A stretch of 64,000 nucleotides of DNA from Thermodesulfovibrionales bacterium (GTDB taxonomy: Bacteria > Nitrospirota > Thermodesulfovibrionia > Thermodesulfovibrionales > SM23-35). Shown in pieces: positions 28,096 through 38,115 of this stretch. The notes under the pieces were generated by a model that made no database searches, was not told where the DNA came from, and worked only from the letters and a program-made list of their open reading frames with translations. The stretch covers positions 7,475 to 71,474 of the forward strand of contig JBAQLU010000126.1 of the NCBI GenBank assembly GCA_049302065.1, given 5' to 3'. The position numbers and the translations under genes are program-made. Every line of letters begins with the position of its first letter. The stretch's first letter is position 1.

Positions 28096-28366
28096 GTCTT
28101 TTCTTTATTTTTTCCCACGGTATGTTTTTAGCCGGATCATAGCCCTTAAGTCTTGTCTCGACTGTTTCTGCTATCTCAAGATGTTCAAGGATATCCTCAG
28201 CTTGCTTAAGAAGCGTATATTCTTCAGTAGAGAGAATAACTGCTGCCATTTCATTGTTTCTGAGAACAAATAAGGGTTCTCCTGTTTCCTGAATTTCCCG
28301 GAGTCTTTGGGTTAGTTCCCTCTGCAGCTTTGTTACAGGTATCATCTTTTCAGTATTTACTAACAT
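28085..28366 (-). CDS. Phd/YefM-family antitoxin
   Basis: GGAGGTGA lies 5 nt before ATG 28366. IPVTKLQRELTQRLREIQETGEPLFVLRNNEMAAVILS is typical of Phd/YefM. Overlaps the toxin start by 11 nt. Confidence 0.8.
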   Translation of the reverse strand: MLVNTEKMIPVTKLQRELTQRLREIQETGEPLFVLRNNEMAAVILSTEEYTLLKQAEDILEHLEIAETVETRLKGYDPAKNIPWEKIKKRHGL

Positions 28367-28564
28367 AAGTTCACCTCCATAATAATTATTATACATATAA
28401 TATTATGTATGTCAACATGTTTATAACTGTTTGTAACAGCAAAGTGATAATGTACTGAAAGCAAAGTGTTTGAAAAGACTGTCAGCTTATTTAATCAGAA
28501 ACTTGTGGGTCAATGGCTGGACGCTCTTTGCAGAAACAATAGTATTGATAAATAAAGGAAAAGT

Positions 28565-28640
28565 TGGTGGACGGTAGGGGATTCGAACCCCCGACCCCAA
28601 CGTTGCGAACGTTGTGCTCTCCCAGCTGAGCTAACCGCCC
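28565..28640 (-). tRNA. tRNA-Ala (anticodon CGC), CCA encoded
   Basis: Manual cloverleaf: acceptor GGGCGGT/ACCGTCC with G3:U70, D arm GCTC-AGCTGGGA-GAGC, anticodon arm CAACG-TTCGCAA-CGTTG, T arm GGGGG-TTCGAAT-CCCCT. Confidence 0.9.
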
Positions 28641-28708
28641 ACAGGATTATATGATTTGATATTATAAAGATGTACTCCCTATATCCACAAGTTATTTTGC
28701 AAACCATT

Positions 28709-28926
28709 ACATAGCGAACTCTGTTCCAATGGTTGTCATTATCCGGCTTGACCGGATAATCCAGTTCTTTTTTCTGGATTCCCCGATCAAGTCGGGGAAT
28801 GACGGAAATAAAAGATCTTAAATAACTTTTAAGATCTTTGAAGATTAATAACATAGCGAACTCTGTATGTCTATGGATTCCCGTTTTCACGGGAATAGCG
28901 TCATTCCTGCGGAAGCAGTAATCCAG
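28709..28926. repeat. cluster of four REP-like 28-30-nt hairpin elements (GTCATT-stem-loop-stem-AATCCAG) in alternating orientation, plus a 16-nt direct repeat
   Basis: Elements at 28735-28764 (+), 28774-28803 (-), 28874-28900 (-) and 28898-28926 (+). ACATAGCGAACTCTGT occurs at 28709-28724 and 28851-28866. Confidence 0.6.
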
Positions 28927-29006
28927 TTGTTGAAAGGATATTAAGAGATTAATAGCATAATTTAGAGTGGTGCTTGATATATTCAGGTAAAATCATTTAT
29001 ATTTTA

Positions 29007-29035
29007 TTGACTTTTCAGTAAGTATTTTTTAAGAT
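29007..29035 (+). promoter_or_regulatory. putative sigma70-type promoter (TTGACT-17 nt-TAAGAT) for the hdr-mvh operon
   Basis: Hexamers at 29007-29012 and 29030-29035, about 80 nt upstream of hdrA. Confidence 0.35.
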
Positions 29036-29116
29036 TATGGTAATGCAAATCCTTGGAAAAGGATTAAGGATCGGAAAAATGTATAATACCCTGAACAGGG
29101 TAAAAGTGCAGGAACC

Positions 29117-31147
29117 ATGAAAGTCAGTGTTGGTGTCTATATTTGCAGCTGCGGGACTAACATCTCTGATAATGTAGATATAGATCAGCTTGCTCAGTTT
29201 TCATCCAGCCTCGAAAATGTCGGATATGTGAAACTCAACAGCATCCTCTGTTCTGAAGACGGGAAAAATTTTCTTGCCGAAGATATCATAAAAGAAAAAC
29301 CGGACCGTGTTGTTATTGTTGCCTGCACTCCGAAAGAACACGAAAAAACCTTCAGAAATGTCCTTCAGAGAGCCGGGCTTAACCCGTATCTGTTCCAGAT
29401 GGTTAACATCAGGGAACAGGTTGCCTGGGTGACCGATGACAAAAATAAAGCGACTGAAAAGGCAAAGTCCTATATACGTGCAGCAGTCAAGCGGGTAACA
29501 TTACATGAAGCATTGGAGAAAAAGGAGATTGACTGCAATACCGACGTACTTGTAATTGGCGCAGGCCCTGCCGGTATGGAGGCTGCCCACATGCTCGCAA
29601 AGGCAGGCAGAAAGGTCTATCTTGTGGAGAAGAATTCTTTTATCGGCGGCAGGGTTGCGCGGTATGAAGATATTTTTCCAAAGATGGAATGCGCTTCCTG
29701 TATGCTTGAACCAAAGATGGACGAGATACTGCACGATGAGAATATTGAGTTATTGCTGAATAGCGAAGTCCAGGAAGTGCTGGGATTCCTGGGCAATTTC
29801 GTTGTGAGGATAAATAAAAAAGCCGGGTTTGTCGATAAGGAAAAATGTATCGGCTGCGGCGCATGTTATGAGCAGTGTCCGGTTAAGGTGAAGAATGAAT
29901 TTGACTATAACCTGAGCGACCGCAAGGCTATATACGTTCCCTATACAGGCGCATTGCCGAATGTGCCTGTGATCGATACAAAAAGCTGCCTGCGTTTTGA
30001 GGGGCAGAATACGGGACCTCAAAAGGAGGCATTCGAGGCTGGTTTGATAACCAGAGAAGAGTATGAGAGGTTTAAAAATCAGGATTGCAAACAGTGTAAA
30101 GAAGCCTGCATGTTTGATGCGATCAATTATGAAGATACGGATGAAATCCTTGAGAGAAATGTCGGCGGGATAATCACAGCGACAGGTTTTGAACTCTTTG
30201 ATCCGTCAGTCCTCCCTCAGTATGGGTATGGGAAGATACCTGAGGTATATACCAGCCTTGAGTTTGAACGGATACTTGCCCAAACAGGACCTACCGGCGG
30301 AAAACTCCTCACGAAAAATGCAAAAGAACCTGAATCAGTTGCAATCATCCACTGTATAGGAAGCAGGGATAAAGATTACAAAGATTACTGTTCATCTGTC
30401 TGCTGCCTGTATGCGCTGAAGTTTGCGCATATGATAGAAAAACATTCACCTGAAGTTAGGGTCTATGATATATATGCTGACTGGTGTGTCCCGGGAAAGG
30501 ATAATCAGGCTTTTCTGGATTCCATAAAGGAATGGAAAAATTTCGAGTTCATTCATACAACACTCCCCATGAATGTTGTATCAAAAATGAAAGGTGATAA
30601 GATCGATCTGCACTGCATTGATATATCCGAGAAAAAGAGAAAAGTATCTGCGGACATGGTAGTGCTCTGCCCTGCAATGATACCCGGAAAAGATACTGCA
30701 AAACTTTCAGAACTCCTTTTGATTTCACAGGGCAGGGAAGGGTTTTTCGCTGAGGGACATACCAAGCTCGCGCCTGTATCCACGAATATCGAAGGCGTAT
30801 TTATTGCCGGCTGTGCACAGGGGCCGAAAGATATCCAGAACTCGGTGGCCCAGGGTGCAGCAGCAGCAGGACAGGCCCTTTCGATACTCGTCCCTGGAAG
30901 AAAATTGGAACTGGATGTCATGACAGCCGAGATAGATGAAAAAGTCTGCGCTGAGTGCATGATCTGCGTGGGACTCTGTCCATATAAAGCAATTGTCATT
31001 GATAAAGAAAAGAAGGTTGCTGTAGTAAACACGGTTCTCTGTAAAGGGTGTGGGACCTGTGTGGCAGCATGTCCGAGCGGCTCGGCCAAAAGCAGGCATT
31101 TTACTACAGAACAGATATTTGCCGAGATAGAAGAGGTTCTGAAATGA
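29117..31147 (+). CDS. hdrA: heterodisulfide reductase subunit A-like flavoprotein (HdrA)
   Basis: 676 aa. GAGPAGMEAA FAD motif and several CxxCxxCxxxCP clusters (CIGCGACYEQCP, CAECMICVGLCP, CKGCGTCVAACP). Confidence 0.85.
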   Translation: MKVSVGVYICSCGTNISDNVDIDQLAQFSSSLENVGYVKLNSILCSEDGKNFLAEDIIKEKPDRVVIVACTPKEHEKTFRNVLQRAGLNPYLFQMVNIREQVAWVTDDKNKATEKAKSYIRAAVKRVTLHEALEKKEIDCNTDVLVIGAGPAGMEAAHMLAKAGRKVYLVEKNSFIGGRVARYEDIFPKMECASCMLEPKMDEILHDENIELLLNSEVQEVLGFLGNFVVRINKKAGFVDKEKCIGCGACYEQCPVKVKNEFDYNLSDRKAIYVPYTGALPNVPVIDTKSCLRFEGQNTGPQKEAFEAGLITREEYERFKNQDCKQCKEACMFDAINYEDTDEILERNVGGIITATGFELFDPSVLPQYGYGKIPEVYTSLEFERILAQTGPTGGKLLTKNAKEPESVAIIHCIGSRDKDYKDYCSSVCCLYALKFAHMIEKHSPEVRVYDIYADWCVPGKDNQAFLDSIKEWKNFEFIHTTLPMNVVSKMKGDKIDLHCIDISEKKRKVSADMVVLCPAMIPGKDTAKLSELLLISQGREGFFAEGHTKLAPVSTNIEGVFIAGCAQGPKDIQNSVAQGAAAAGQALSILVPGRKLELDVMTAEIDEKVCAECMICVGLCPYKAIVIDKEKKVAVVNTVLCKGCGTCVAACPSGSAKSRHFTTEQIFAEIEEVLK

Positions 31148-31560
31148 GTGATTTTGAACCCAGGATAGTCGGGTTTTTATGCAATTGGTGTTCTTATGCG
31201 GGAGCTGATGCAGCAGGAAGCGCAAGAAAGACCTATCCCCCCAATGTGCGGGTTATCCGCGTAATGTGCACCGGAAGGATCGACCCGCAGTTTGTAATAA
31301 AGGCTTTTCAGGCCGGGGCTGACGGAGTCATGATACTCGGATGTCACCCCGGCGACTGTCATTATAAAGAAGGCAATTACAAAGCTTTGCGCAGGTTTCA
31401 TCTTTTGAGAAAGATGCTAACCCAGTTCGGGATAGAAGAAGAAAGGTTTCGGCTGGACTGGGTTTCTGCCAGTGAGGCTGATAAATTTGTTGAGACAATA
31501 AGTGACATGGTTCAAAAGGTAAAAGCTCTCGGGCCTTTGAAGAGAGAGATTGCTGCGTGA
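31144..31560 (+). CDS. mvhD: methyl-viologen-reducing hydrogenase delta subunit (MvhD)
   Basis: The start MSDFEPRIVGFLCNWCSYAGAD at 31144 forms an ATGA overlap with the hdrA stop. The track ORF begins at 31048 inside hdrA. Confidence 0.85.
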   Translation: MSDFEPRIVGFLCNWCSYAGADAAGSARKTYPPNVRVIRVMCTGRIDPQFVIKAFQAGADGVMILGCHPGDCHYKEGNYKALRRFHLLRKMLTQFGIEEERFRLDWVSASEADKFVETISDMVQKVKALGPLKREIAA

Positions 31561-31577
31561 TAGAGGAGGTTTCATAA

Positions 31578-32540
31578 TTGGCTAAACCAAAGGTAGCCTT
31601 TTACTGGTGTGCCTCATGCGGAGGCTGCGAAGAAGCAGTAGTCGATCTTGCAGAAAACATCCTGAAAGTTGTGGAAGCTGTTGAGTTTGTCCTCTGGCCG
31701 GTTGCGATGGATTTTAAGATCAAAGATGTGGAAGCCCTGCAGGATGGTGAAATAGCGGTCAGTTTCATTAATGGTTCAATACGGACCGGAGAGCAGGAAC
31801 ATATTGCTAAACTCCTCAGGAAAAAATCAGGCCTTGTTGTTGCGTTCGGGGCCTGCGCGCATATTGGCGGTATCCCGGGCCTGGCAAATTTTTCAAACCG
31901 GGAAATTATTTTTGATTATGTATATCAGAAGTCCCCTTCTTTGGACAATCCCAATAAAATATTCCCGCAGGAAAAAACAACAGTTAAGGAAGGCGAATTA
32001 ACTTTACCGAAATTTTATAATACTGTTTTTACGCTCGATCAGGTCATAGATGTCGATTACTACCTCCCTGGCTGTGCTCCTCCGCCAGACCTGATCATGA
32101 ATGCCGTGGAGGCGATTCTAACTGGCAACCTCCCACCAAAAGGTACTGTGCTGGCGCCCGACAAATCTTTATGTGATACCTGCAAAAGGAAAATTACAAA
32201 ACCTGAAAAGGCAGTCATAAAACAGATCAAGAGAGTTCACGAAGTCCTTCTTGATCCGGAAAAGTGTTTTTTAGACCAGGGTATTATCTGCTTGGGGCCT
32301 GCAACCCGTGACGGTTGCGGTGAAAGGTGCATCAACGCTAATATGCCATGCCGCGGATGTTTTGGATCCACGAGCAGGGTTGAAGATCAGGGTGCAAAGT
32401 TTCTTTCAGCCCTTGCATCCATCATCGATGCAGATAGTGAGGAAGGAATAAAGAAGATAACAGATTCTATAGCTGATCCGGCAGGTATTTTCTATTACTA
32501 TTCTTTGCCGGCATCTATGTTGAGAAGAAAATTCATATAA
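31578..32540 (+). CDS. mvhG: [NiFe] hydrogenase small subunit (group 3c, MvhG-like)
   Basis: 320 aa. TTG start, FYWCASCGGCEE, and distal cluster cysteines. Confidence 0.8.
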   Translation: MAKPKVAFYWCASCGGCEEAVVDLAENILKVVEAVEFVLWPVAMDFKIKDVEALQDGEIAVSFINGSIRTGEQEHIAKLLRKKSGLVVAFGACAHIGGIPGLANFSNREIIFDYVYQKSPSLDNPNKIFPQEKTTVKEGELTLPKFYNTVFTLDQVIDVDYYLPGCAPPPDLIMNAVEAILTGNLPPKGTVLAPDKSLCDTCKRKITKPEKAVIKQIKRVHEVLLDPEKCFLDQGIICLGPATRDGCGERCINANMPCRGCFGSTSRVEDQGAKFLSALASIIDADSEEGIKKITDSIADPAGIFYYYSLPASMLRRKFI

Positions 32541-32586
32541 TATAGAATAATGCAGATGCATTTTATCAATTAAATTTGGTGGTTGA

Positions 32587-34050
32587 ATGAATAAACGCAT
32601 TACCATAGACCCGATTACAAGGCTTGAAGGTCACGGGAAGATAGAGATCTTCCTCGATGACAGGGGAGACGTGGAGAAGGCATACTTCCAGGTGCCTGAA
32701 CTGAGGGGTTTTGAGGTCTTTTCTGTTGGCCGTCCTGCTGAGGAGATGCCCAGGATAACACCGAAAATCTGCGGTGTCTGTCCTACCGCACACCATATTT
32801 GTTCTACAAAGGCGCTGGATGACCTGTTCAAAGTCGAACCGCCGCCGGCTGCAAAAAAATTGAGGGAGTTGATTTATTCTGCCTTTATGCTCGAAGACCA
32901 TAATCTCCATTTCTTCTTCCTCGGCGGGCCTGATTTTGTTGTTGGCCCATCAGCGCCACCGGCTGAAAGGAATATCCTGGGGGTTATTGCCAAAGTAGGG
33001 CTTGAGATCGCCGGAAAGGTCATCAAGCTGAGAAGGGAATGCCGTGACGTTATAACCCTTCTGGGCGGGAGGGTAATCCACCCGGTCTGTGGTCTGCCGG
33101 GAGGGATGTCGAAACCGCTCGCTGAAGATGACAGGCTGAAAATTGTGGATGTAGCAAAAAATGGAGTTGAATTCGCACAGTTTGCTTTAAAAATATTCGA
33201 TGATGTTGTTCTCAAGAATAAGGAGTATGTCGATCTGGTTCTTGGTGATACGTATAAACATACTACTTATTACATGGGTATGGTTGATAAAAACAACAAG
33301 GTGAATTTTTATGATGGAGATGTCCGCGTTGTAACCCCGGAAGGAAAGGAATTTGCCAGATTCAAGCCGGGAGAATACCTCAATCACATTGCAGAAAGAG
33401 TCGAGCCATGGAGTTATGTGAAGTTCCCATATCTGAAGAATGTTGGATGGAAGGGATTTGTTGACGGTAAAGACAGTGGTGTGTATCGTGTCGCCCCATT
33501 GGCACGGTTAAATGTCGCTGACGGTATGGCGACACCGCTTGCCCAGGCAGAATATGAAAGGATGTTCGAAACGCTCGGCGGAAAACCTGCTCACAATACA
33601 CTCGCATTTCACTGGGCACGGTTGATTGAAGCCCTTTATGCTGCAGAGCGCATGCTGGAACTTGCACAGGACAGGGAAATTACCGATCCTCATATCAGAA
33701 ACATCCCGACTGCTATACCAGATGAGGGGATAGGAATTGTGGAAGCGCCACGGGGCACACTTATCCACCATTATAAAACTGACAAAAATGGTATTATAAC
33801 TGAAGCCAATCTGATAGTTGCGACTGTAAACAATGCAGCGGCAATCTGTATGTCTATAGAAAAAGCCGCAAGGGGTCTGATAAAAGGAGGCAAGGTTTCT
33901 GACGGTCTCCTCAATATGGTTGAAATGGCATTCCGTGCTTATGACCCGTGTTTTGCATGTGCCACGCATACATTACCAGGGAAAATGGCCCTATCTGTTC
34001 AGATACGGAATTCAAACGGTGATATCATGCAGACTATCAGCAGGGAATAG
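32587..34050 (+). CDS. mvhA: [NiFe] hydrogenase large subunit (group 3c, MvhA-like)
   Basis: 487 aa. ITRLEGHG, KICGVCP, and C-terminal DPCFACATH followed by a cleavable extension. Confidence 0.85.
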   Translation: MNKRITIDPITRLEGHGKIEIFLDDRGDVEKAYFQVPELRGFEVFSVGRPAEEMPRITPKICGVCPTAHHICSTKALDDLFKVEPPPAAKKLRELIYSAFMLEDHNLHFFFLGGPDFVVGPSAPPAERNILGVIAKVGLEIAGKVIKLRRECRDVITLLGGRVIHPVCGLPGGMSKPLAEDDRLKIVDVAKNGVEFAQFALKIFDDVVLKNKEYVDLVLGDTYKHTTYYMGMVDKNNKVNFYDGDVRVVTPEGKEFARFKPGEYLNHIAERVEPWSYVKFPYLKNVGWKGFVDGKDSGVYRVAPLARLNVADGMATPLAQAEYERMFETLGGKPAHNTLAFHWARLIEALYAAERMLELAQDREITDPHIRNIPTAIPDEGIGIVEAPRGTLIHHYKTDKNGIITEANLIVATVNNAAAICMSIEKAARGLIKGGKVSDGLLNMVEMAFRAYDPCFACATHTLPGKMALSVQIRNSNGDIMQTISRE

Positions 34051-34139
34051 ACGCAACTTGATAATGTTCATTAAAAGAGGTTTTGTTAAGAAGTTAAGAA
34101 CAGAAAAACATAATATTTATTAAAAGGAGGGAATAATTT

Positions 34140-34364
34140 ATGGCAACAGTAACATTAGATTGTTTAGGGCTGAGGTGTCCTCAACCGATACTGAAAATAG
34201 CTGCGAAATCCGCTGAACTCAAGCCAGGTGATCTCCTGGAAGTAGTTGCTGACTGTCCTACATTTGAAAAGGACGTCCGTCAGTGGTGTGACAGAACTAA
34301 GAAGACCCTTATGTGGGTAAAAGAAGAAGGTGGAGGGAAAAAACGCTGCCAGATCCAGTTTTGA
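34140..34364 (+). CDS. tusA: TusA/SirA-family sulfur carrier protein
   Basis: 74 aa. LDCLGLRCPQPILK (CPxP motif). AAGGAGGG RBS. Confidence 0.8.
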   Translation: MATVTLDCLGLRCPQPILKIAAKSAELKPGDLLEVVADCPTFEKDVRQWCDRTKKTLMWVKEEGGGKKRCQIQF

Positions 34365-34395
34365 TTCTCCCAAAAATAGAAATTAGGGATAACCA

Positions 34396-36564
34396 ATGAA
34401 TGCCTTTAAAGACCTGTCCATAGGCAAAAAACTATTTTTCAGCTTTGGCTTACTCTTCTTTGTAATCCTGATCTTGGGAATATTCTGGCAGATCGGAATT
34501 TCAAACGTGAAAGACAAGGATCAGAGACAGAATAACCTGATAGAGCTGAAAGAAAAGCTTCGTGAAATGCAGGTCGTACATTATAAGTGGGTAGATAACC
34601 TGAGAGAGACAGCAAGAAAAAGAGGCAAGTTTGAAGGTGAACTTGATCCAGGAAAATGCGTTTTCGGTCAGTGGTATTATTCCTATAAGTTGCTGTATCC
34701 TGAACTCGAAGAACTGTTCAAAACATTAGAAAAGCCGCACAGGAAGCTTCATCAGTCCGGCGAAGCTGTTATGAGGGCATTGCAGCAGGGAAATTCTAAT
34801 GAAGCAGAAAAAATCTCTCTTCACACACGTCAGGTCCTGCTCCCCGAACTGATGAAAATCTATGACCCATTTCTTAAAGGCATTGGCGATGTATATTTAC
34901 AGCAGAAAGCAAAGACAGAGAAATCTGTCCAGACACAAAAAAATACATCCAAGGCCATAATAATTCTTTCATTAATATCAGTAGTCATATTGGCGGTTTT
35001 ACTGACCCGAGGCATTGTAAGACCGTTAAAAAGGGTTACTGACACTGCAAATAAGATTGCAGAAGGCGATATCCCTGATTTTACACATGCAGCGACCAGC
35101 GGAGAAAGTAACAACGAGATTATGCAGATGGAAAATACCTTTGCCCGGATGGCGCTCTCGTTGAATGAACTGGCAAAAACAGCAGGTAAAATAGCATCAG
35201 GAGATCTTGAAGCTGTTGTAAAGATCAGATCGGATAAGGATATCTTGGGTAATGCTATTTCAAAAATGGTCGAGAATCTGAAACAGAGTGTTGAAGAGCT
35301 GCATACAAATTCCATGAACCTTGCCCTGGGGATGAGTGATTATTTTAGCGTCATTTCAGAATTAGCCATTGGCAATCTTAACGTGAAGGCTTCAGATGAT
35401 ACAGGGGATGACCTCTTGAACCAGTTGGGAAAGGTTACGAACGGCATGATCTTTGAGTTCAAAAAACTTTCCGAATGTATAGAAGAAGTAAAGGGAGGCA
35501 ATCTGGATGTGAAGGTTCATGTGCGGTCTGACAAAGATACTCTCGGCATTGGCTTCCAGCACATGCTCGATCATCTCCGGGAAACGTCAGAAGAACTGCA
35601 TTCAAGCTCGATGAATCTTGCAATGGGTCTGACCGAATACTTCATGATACTCCAGAAGGTCGCTGCAGGAAATTTGACCATCAGTGCCAATGAAGATACC
35701 GGTGATGATTTATTAAATCAACTTGGTAAGGCGACGAATACGATGATCGCTTCACTGAAAGATCTCAACATGAAAGTCCTGGAACAGGCTGAGTTGCTCA
35801 CGAGTTCAGCAAAATCCATGGCATCTGTTACAAAGCAGTCAACACGCGCACTTTCTGAACTTTCAAGCGCGATTTCCCTGATATCATCAGCTGCGACCTC
35901 AGTTGCGGAAAATTCTCAGGGTGCAGCTTCTGCATCACAGGTTGCAAATGAATCAACTCAGAAAGGAAGCGAGTTGATGTCCAGGCTTTCAGAGAAGACT
36001 AAAATACTGCAGGTTGCAACAGAAAGGTCAGTTAATGCAATGAAGAGTCTTTCAACCCGTTCATCAGAGATCGGCAAGATAGTCAATGTCATTACAAAGA
36101 TAGCCTTTCAGACGAACCTCCTGTCGTTAAATGCTGCAATAGAAGCAGCCAGAGCCGGTGAATCCGGACACGGGTTTGCTGTGGTTGCTGACGAAGTCCG
36201 CAAACTTGCCGAGAGTTCAGCTAATTCTGCCCGTGAAATATCAAAAATAATCAAAGAGGTTCAGGATGAGACAGAAGAGGCAATGAGGTCGGTTCAGGAA
36301 GGCAAAAAAGAAATGGAATCAGGGGCGATGCTGACACAAGAGATCAGCCAGCAGTTCACAGGCATTTCTTCACAGGTCAAAAACATAGTCAAGCAGATTG
36401 AGAGCATAGTTGCTGCAGCAGCAGATACTGCATCATCAGCTGAAGAGGCATCGGCTTCATCAGAAGAACAGACTGCAGCCATGGAGGAACTCTCTGCTTC
36501 GGCTACAGAGCTTTCGAGTTCAGCGCAGATTCTGCAGGATACAATGGCAAGGTTTAAGGTCTGA
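34396..36564 (+). CDS. methyl-accepting chemotaxis protein with a CZB (zinc-binding) sensor and repeated HAMP-like modules
   Basis: 722 aa. HYKWVDNL...CVFGQWYY...HRKLHQ (CZB) and [36 protein letters not shown] (MCP signalling hairpin). Confidence 0.85.
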   Translation: MNAFKDLSIGKKLFFSFGLLFFVILILGIFWQIGISNVKDKDQRQNNLIELKEKLREMQVVHYKWVDNLRETARKRGKFEGELDPGKCVFGQWYYSYKLLYPELEELFKTLEKPHRKLHQSGEAVMRALQQGNSNEAEKISLHTRQVLLPELMKIYDPFLKGIGDVYLQQKAKTEKSVQTQKNTSKAIIILSLISVVILAVLLTRGIVRPLKRVTDTANKIAEGDIPDFTHAATSGESNNEIMQMENTFARMALSLNELAKTAGKIASGDLEAVVKIRSDKDILGNAISKMVENLKQSVEELHTNSMNLALGMSDYFSVISELAIGNLNVKASDDTGDDLLNQLGKVTNGMIFEFKKLSECIEEVKGGNLDVKVHVRSDKDTLGIGFQHMLDHLRETSEELHSSSMNLAMGLTEYFMILQKVAAGNLTISANEDTGDDLLNQLGKATNTMIASLKDLNMKVLEQAELLTSSAKSMASVTKQSTRALSELSSAISLISSAATSVAENSQGAASASQVANESTQKGSELMSRLSEKTKILQVATERSVNAMKSLSTRSSEIGKIVNVITKIAFQTNLLSLNAAIEAARAGESGHGFAVVADEVRKLAESSANSAREISKIIKEVQDETEEAMRSVQEGKKEMESGAMLTQEISQQFTGISSQVKNIVKQIESIVAAAADTASSAEEASASSEEQTAAMEELSASATELSSSAQILQDTMARFKV

Positions 36565-36577
36565 GACAATTTCTTTC

Positions 36578-37786
36578 ATGCAAAGGATCATTCAGGATTT
36601 AGTCCAGAAGAATAACACGAAAATACTTCTCATTGTCCTTGATGGCCTCGGGGGGCTTCCTAAGGAAGGTAAGACCGAGCTTGATGCTGCAAATAAACCG
36701 CATCTTGACTCACTTGCCATAAATTCTGCATGTGGACTTCATATGCCTGTTGCCATGGGCATAACCCCTGGAAGCGGACCGGGCCATTTGGCACTTTTCG
36801 GCTATGATCCGGTTGAATGGCAGATCGGCAGAGGTGTGTTAGAGGCCCTCGGCCTTGGCATAGAGTTAAGGAAGACGGATATAGCCATACGTGTAAATTA
36901 TGCCACCGTCGAAAATGGCATAATTCAGGACAGACGGGCAGGGAGACCTCCTACAGAGGAAAGCAGGAAGATTACCGGAAAACTTCAGGAGAGAATCAAG
37001 AAGATTGATGATGTTGAGATAATCTTTGCTCCGGGCATGGAGCACAGGTTTGCTACAGTGCTCAGATTTCCTGAACCCTTACCTAAGGGATCGGCTTCGA
37101 TAAAAGATACAGACCCGCAAAAAGAAGGAAAGGCGCCTGTTCCATTGACTCCTGATACACCAGAGGCTGAGAGAGTTGCAAGAGTTGTTGAGAGATTGAT
37201 ATCAGACATTACAGATATCATAAGAAATGAGCAGAAGGCAAACTCTATCCTGCTGCGCGGATTTTCACAGGTGCCTGATATCCCTCATTTCGAAGATACA
37301 TATGGACTGAAATCCCTCTGCATAGCTGTCTATCCCATGTACCGTGGTCTTGCCAAGCTGATCGGAATGGATGCCCCACCCTTGAAAGGTGATATAAGGG
37401 AAGAGATCGATTTCCTGAAAAAGAATTATAATGACTATGACTTTTTCTTCATGCATGTGAAGAAGATTGATTCTTACGGAGAGGACGGCAACTTTCAGGG
37501 CAAGGTATCAAAAATAGAAGAGTTCGATAAATTCCTACCGGAGATACTTAATCTCAATTTTGATGTAGTTATCATTACCGGAGATCATTCAACTCCTGCT
37601 GTCCTTAAGAGTCACAGCTGGCATCCTGTGCCGGTACTTCTCAAATCACCCTATGTCCTCGGCAATACCTGCAAGGGTTTTTCTGAGCGGGAATGTTTAA
37701 AGGGAGAATTCGGTATATTCCCCGCAGTAAATCTTATGCCCCTGGCGCTTGCCAATGCAGGCAGACTCAAGAAATACGGCGCATAA
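36578..37786 (+). CDS. apgM: cofactor-independent phosphoglycerate mutase, archaeal-type (ApgM)
   Basis: The start MQRIIQDLVQKNNTKILLIVLDGLGG is at 36578. The track ORF begins at 36410 inside the MCP gene, which is unlikely to be real. Confidence 0.85.
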   Translation: MQRIIQDLVQKNNTKILLIVLDGLGGLPKEGKTELDAANKPHLDSLAINSACGLHMPVAMGITPGSGPGHLALFGYDPVEWQIGRGVLEALGLGIELRKTDIAIRVNYATVENGIIQDRRAGRPPTEESRKITGKLQERIKKIDDVEIIFAPGMEHRFATVLRFPEPLPKGSASIKDTDPQKEGKAPVPLTPDTPEAERVARVVERLISDITDIIRNEQKANSILLRGFSQVPDIPHFEDTYGLKSLCIAVYPMYRGLAKLIGMDAPPLKGDIREEIDFLKKNYNDYDFFFMHVKKIDSYGEDGNFQGKVSKIEEFDKFLPEILNLNFDVVIITGDHSTPAVLKSHSWHPVPVLLKSPYVLGNTCKGFSERECLKGEFGIFPAVNLMPLALANAGRLKKYGA

Positions 37787-37904
37787 AGTTCTTATAACAT
37801 TCATTAAGCCTGCAACCCATTTTTTATCGCTTGTGCAGGTATCTTTATCACTTTGGAATAGACCTTATCAGAATTGCCTTGTCTGTGATAGAATTGTAGC
37901 ATCT

Positions 37905-38108
37905 ATGCCGCGCATCTTCGATAATATAGAGCAGGATATTCTTACATATTATCTTGACGCCAAAACGGCAGAACTTAAGAAACTTAACGAAAATATAGAA
38001 AATCAAATCACAGCATTGCAGCAACACCGCAAATCCCTTATCCACGAATGTGTCACCGGCAAGCGGCGTATTACTGAGGAGGATATGCGGGTGGTACAAC
38101 AATATTGA
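37905..38108 (+). pseudogene. chimeric remnant: PLD-helicase N-terminus (MPRIFDNIEQDIL) fused to a Type I HsdS C-terminal coiled-coil end
   Basis: The first 13 aa repeat at 38638-38664. The rest (ELKKLNENIENQITALQQHRKSLIHECVTGKRRI) matches the conserved HsdS C-terminus (..LI...VTGKI.V). Confidence 0.5.
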
Positions 38109-38115
38109 TGTTGAC

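Noticed and set aside
28510-28890. 126-aa minus-strand ORF spanning the tRNA-Ala gene and the REP-like cluster.
   Set aside because: It reads straight through a canonical tRNA and through palindromic repeats, so it is not a gene.
29117-34050. Selenocysteine (in-frame TGA) in HdrA, MvhD or the hydrogenase subunits, as seen in some anaerobes.
   Set aside because: All four ORFs are continuous in the track, with Cys at the expected cluster and active-site positions.
36410-36577. 5' extension of the apgM ORF overlapping the end of the MCP gene.
   Set aside because: The extension translates to Q/R/H-rich junk. The conserved ApgM N-terminus starts at ATG 36578, just after the MCP stop.
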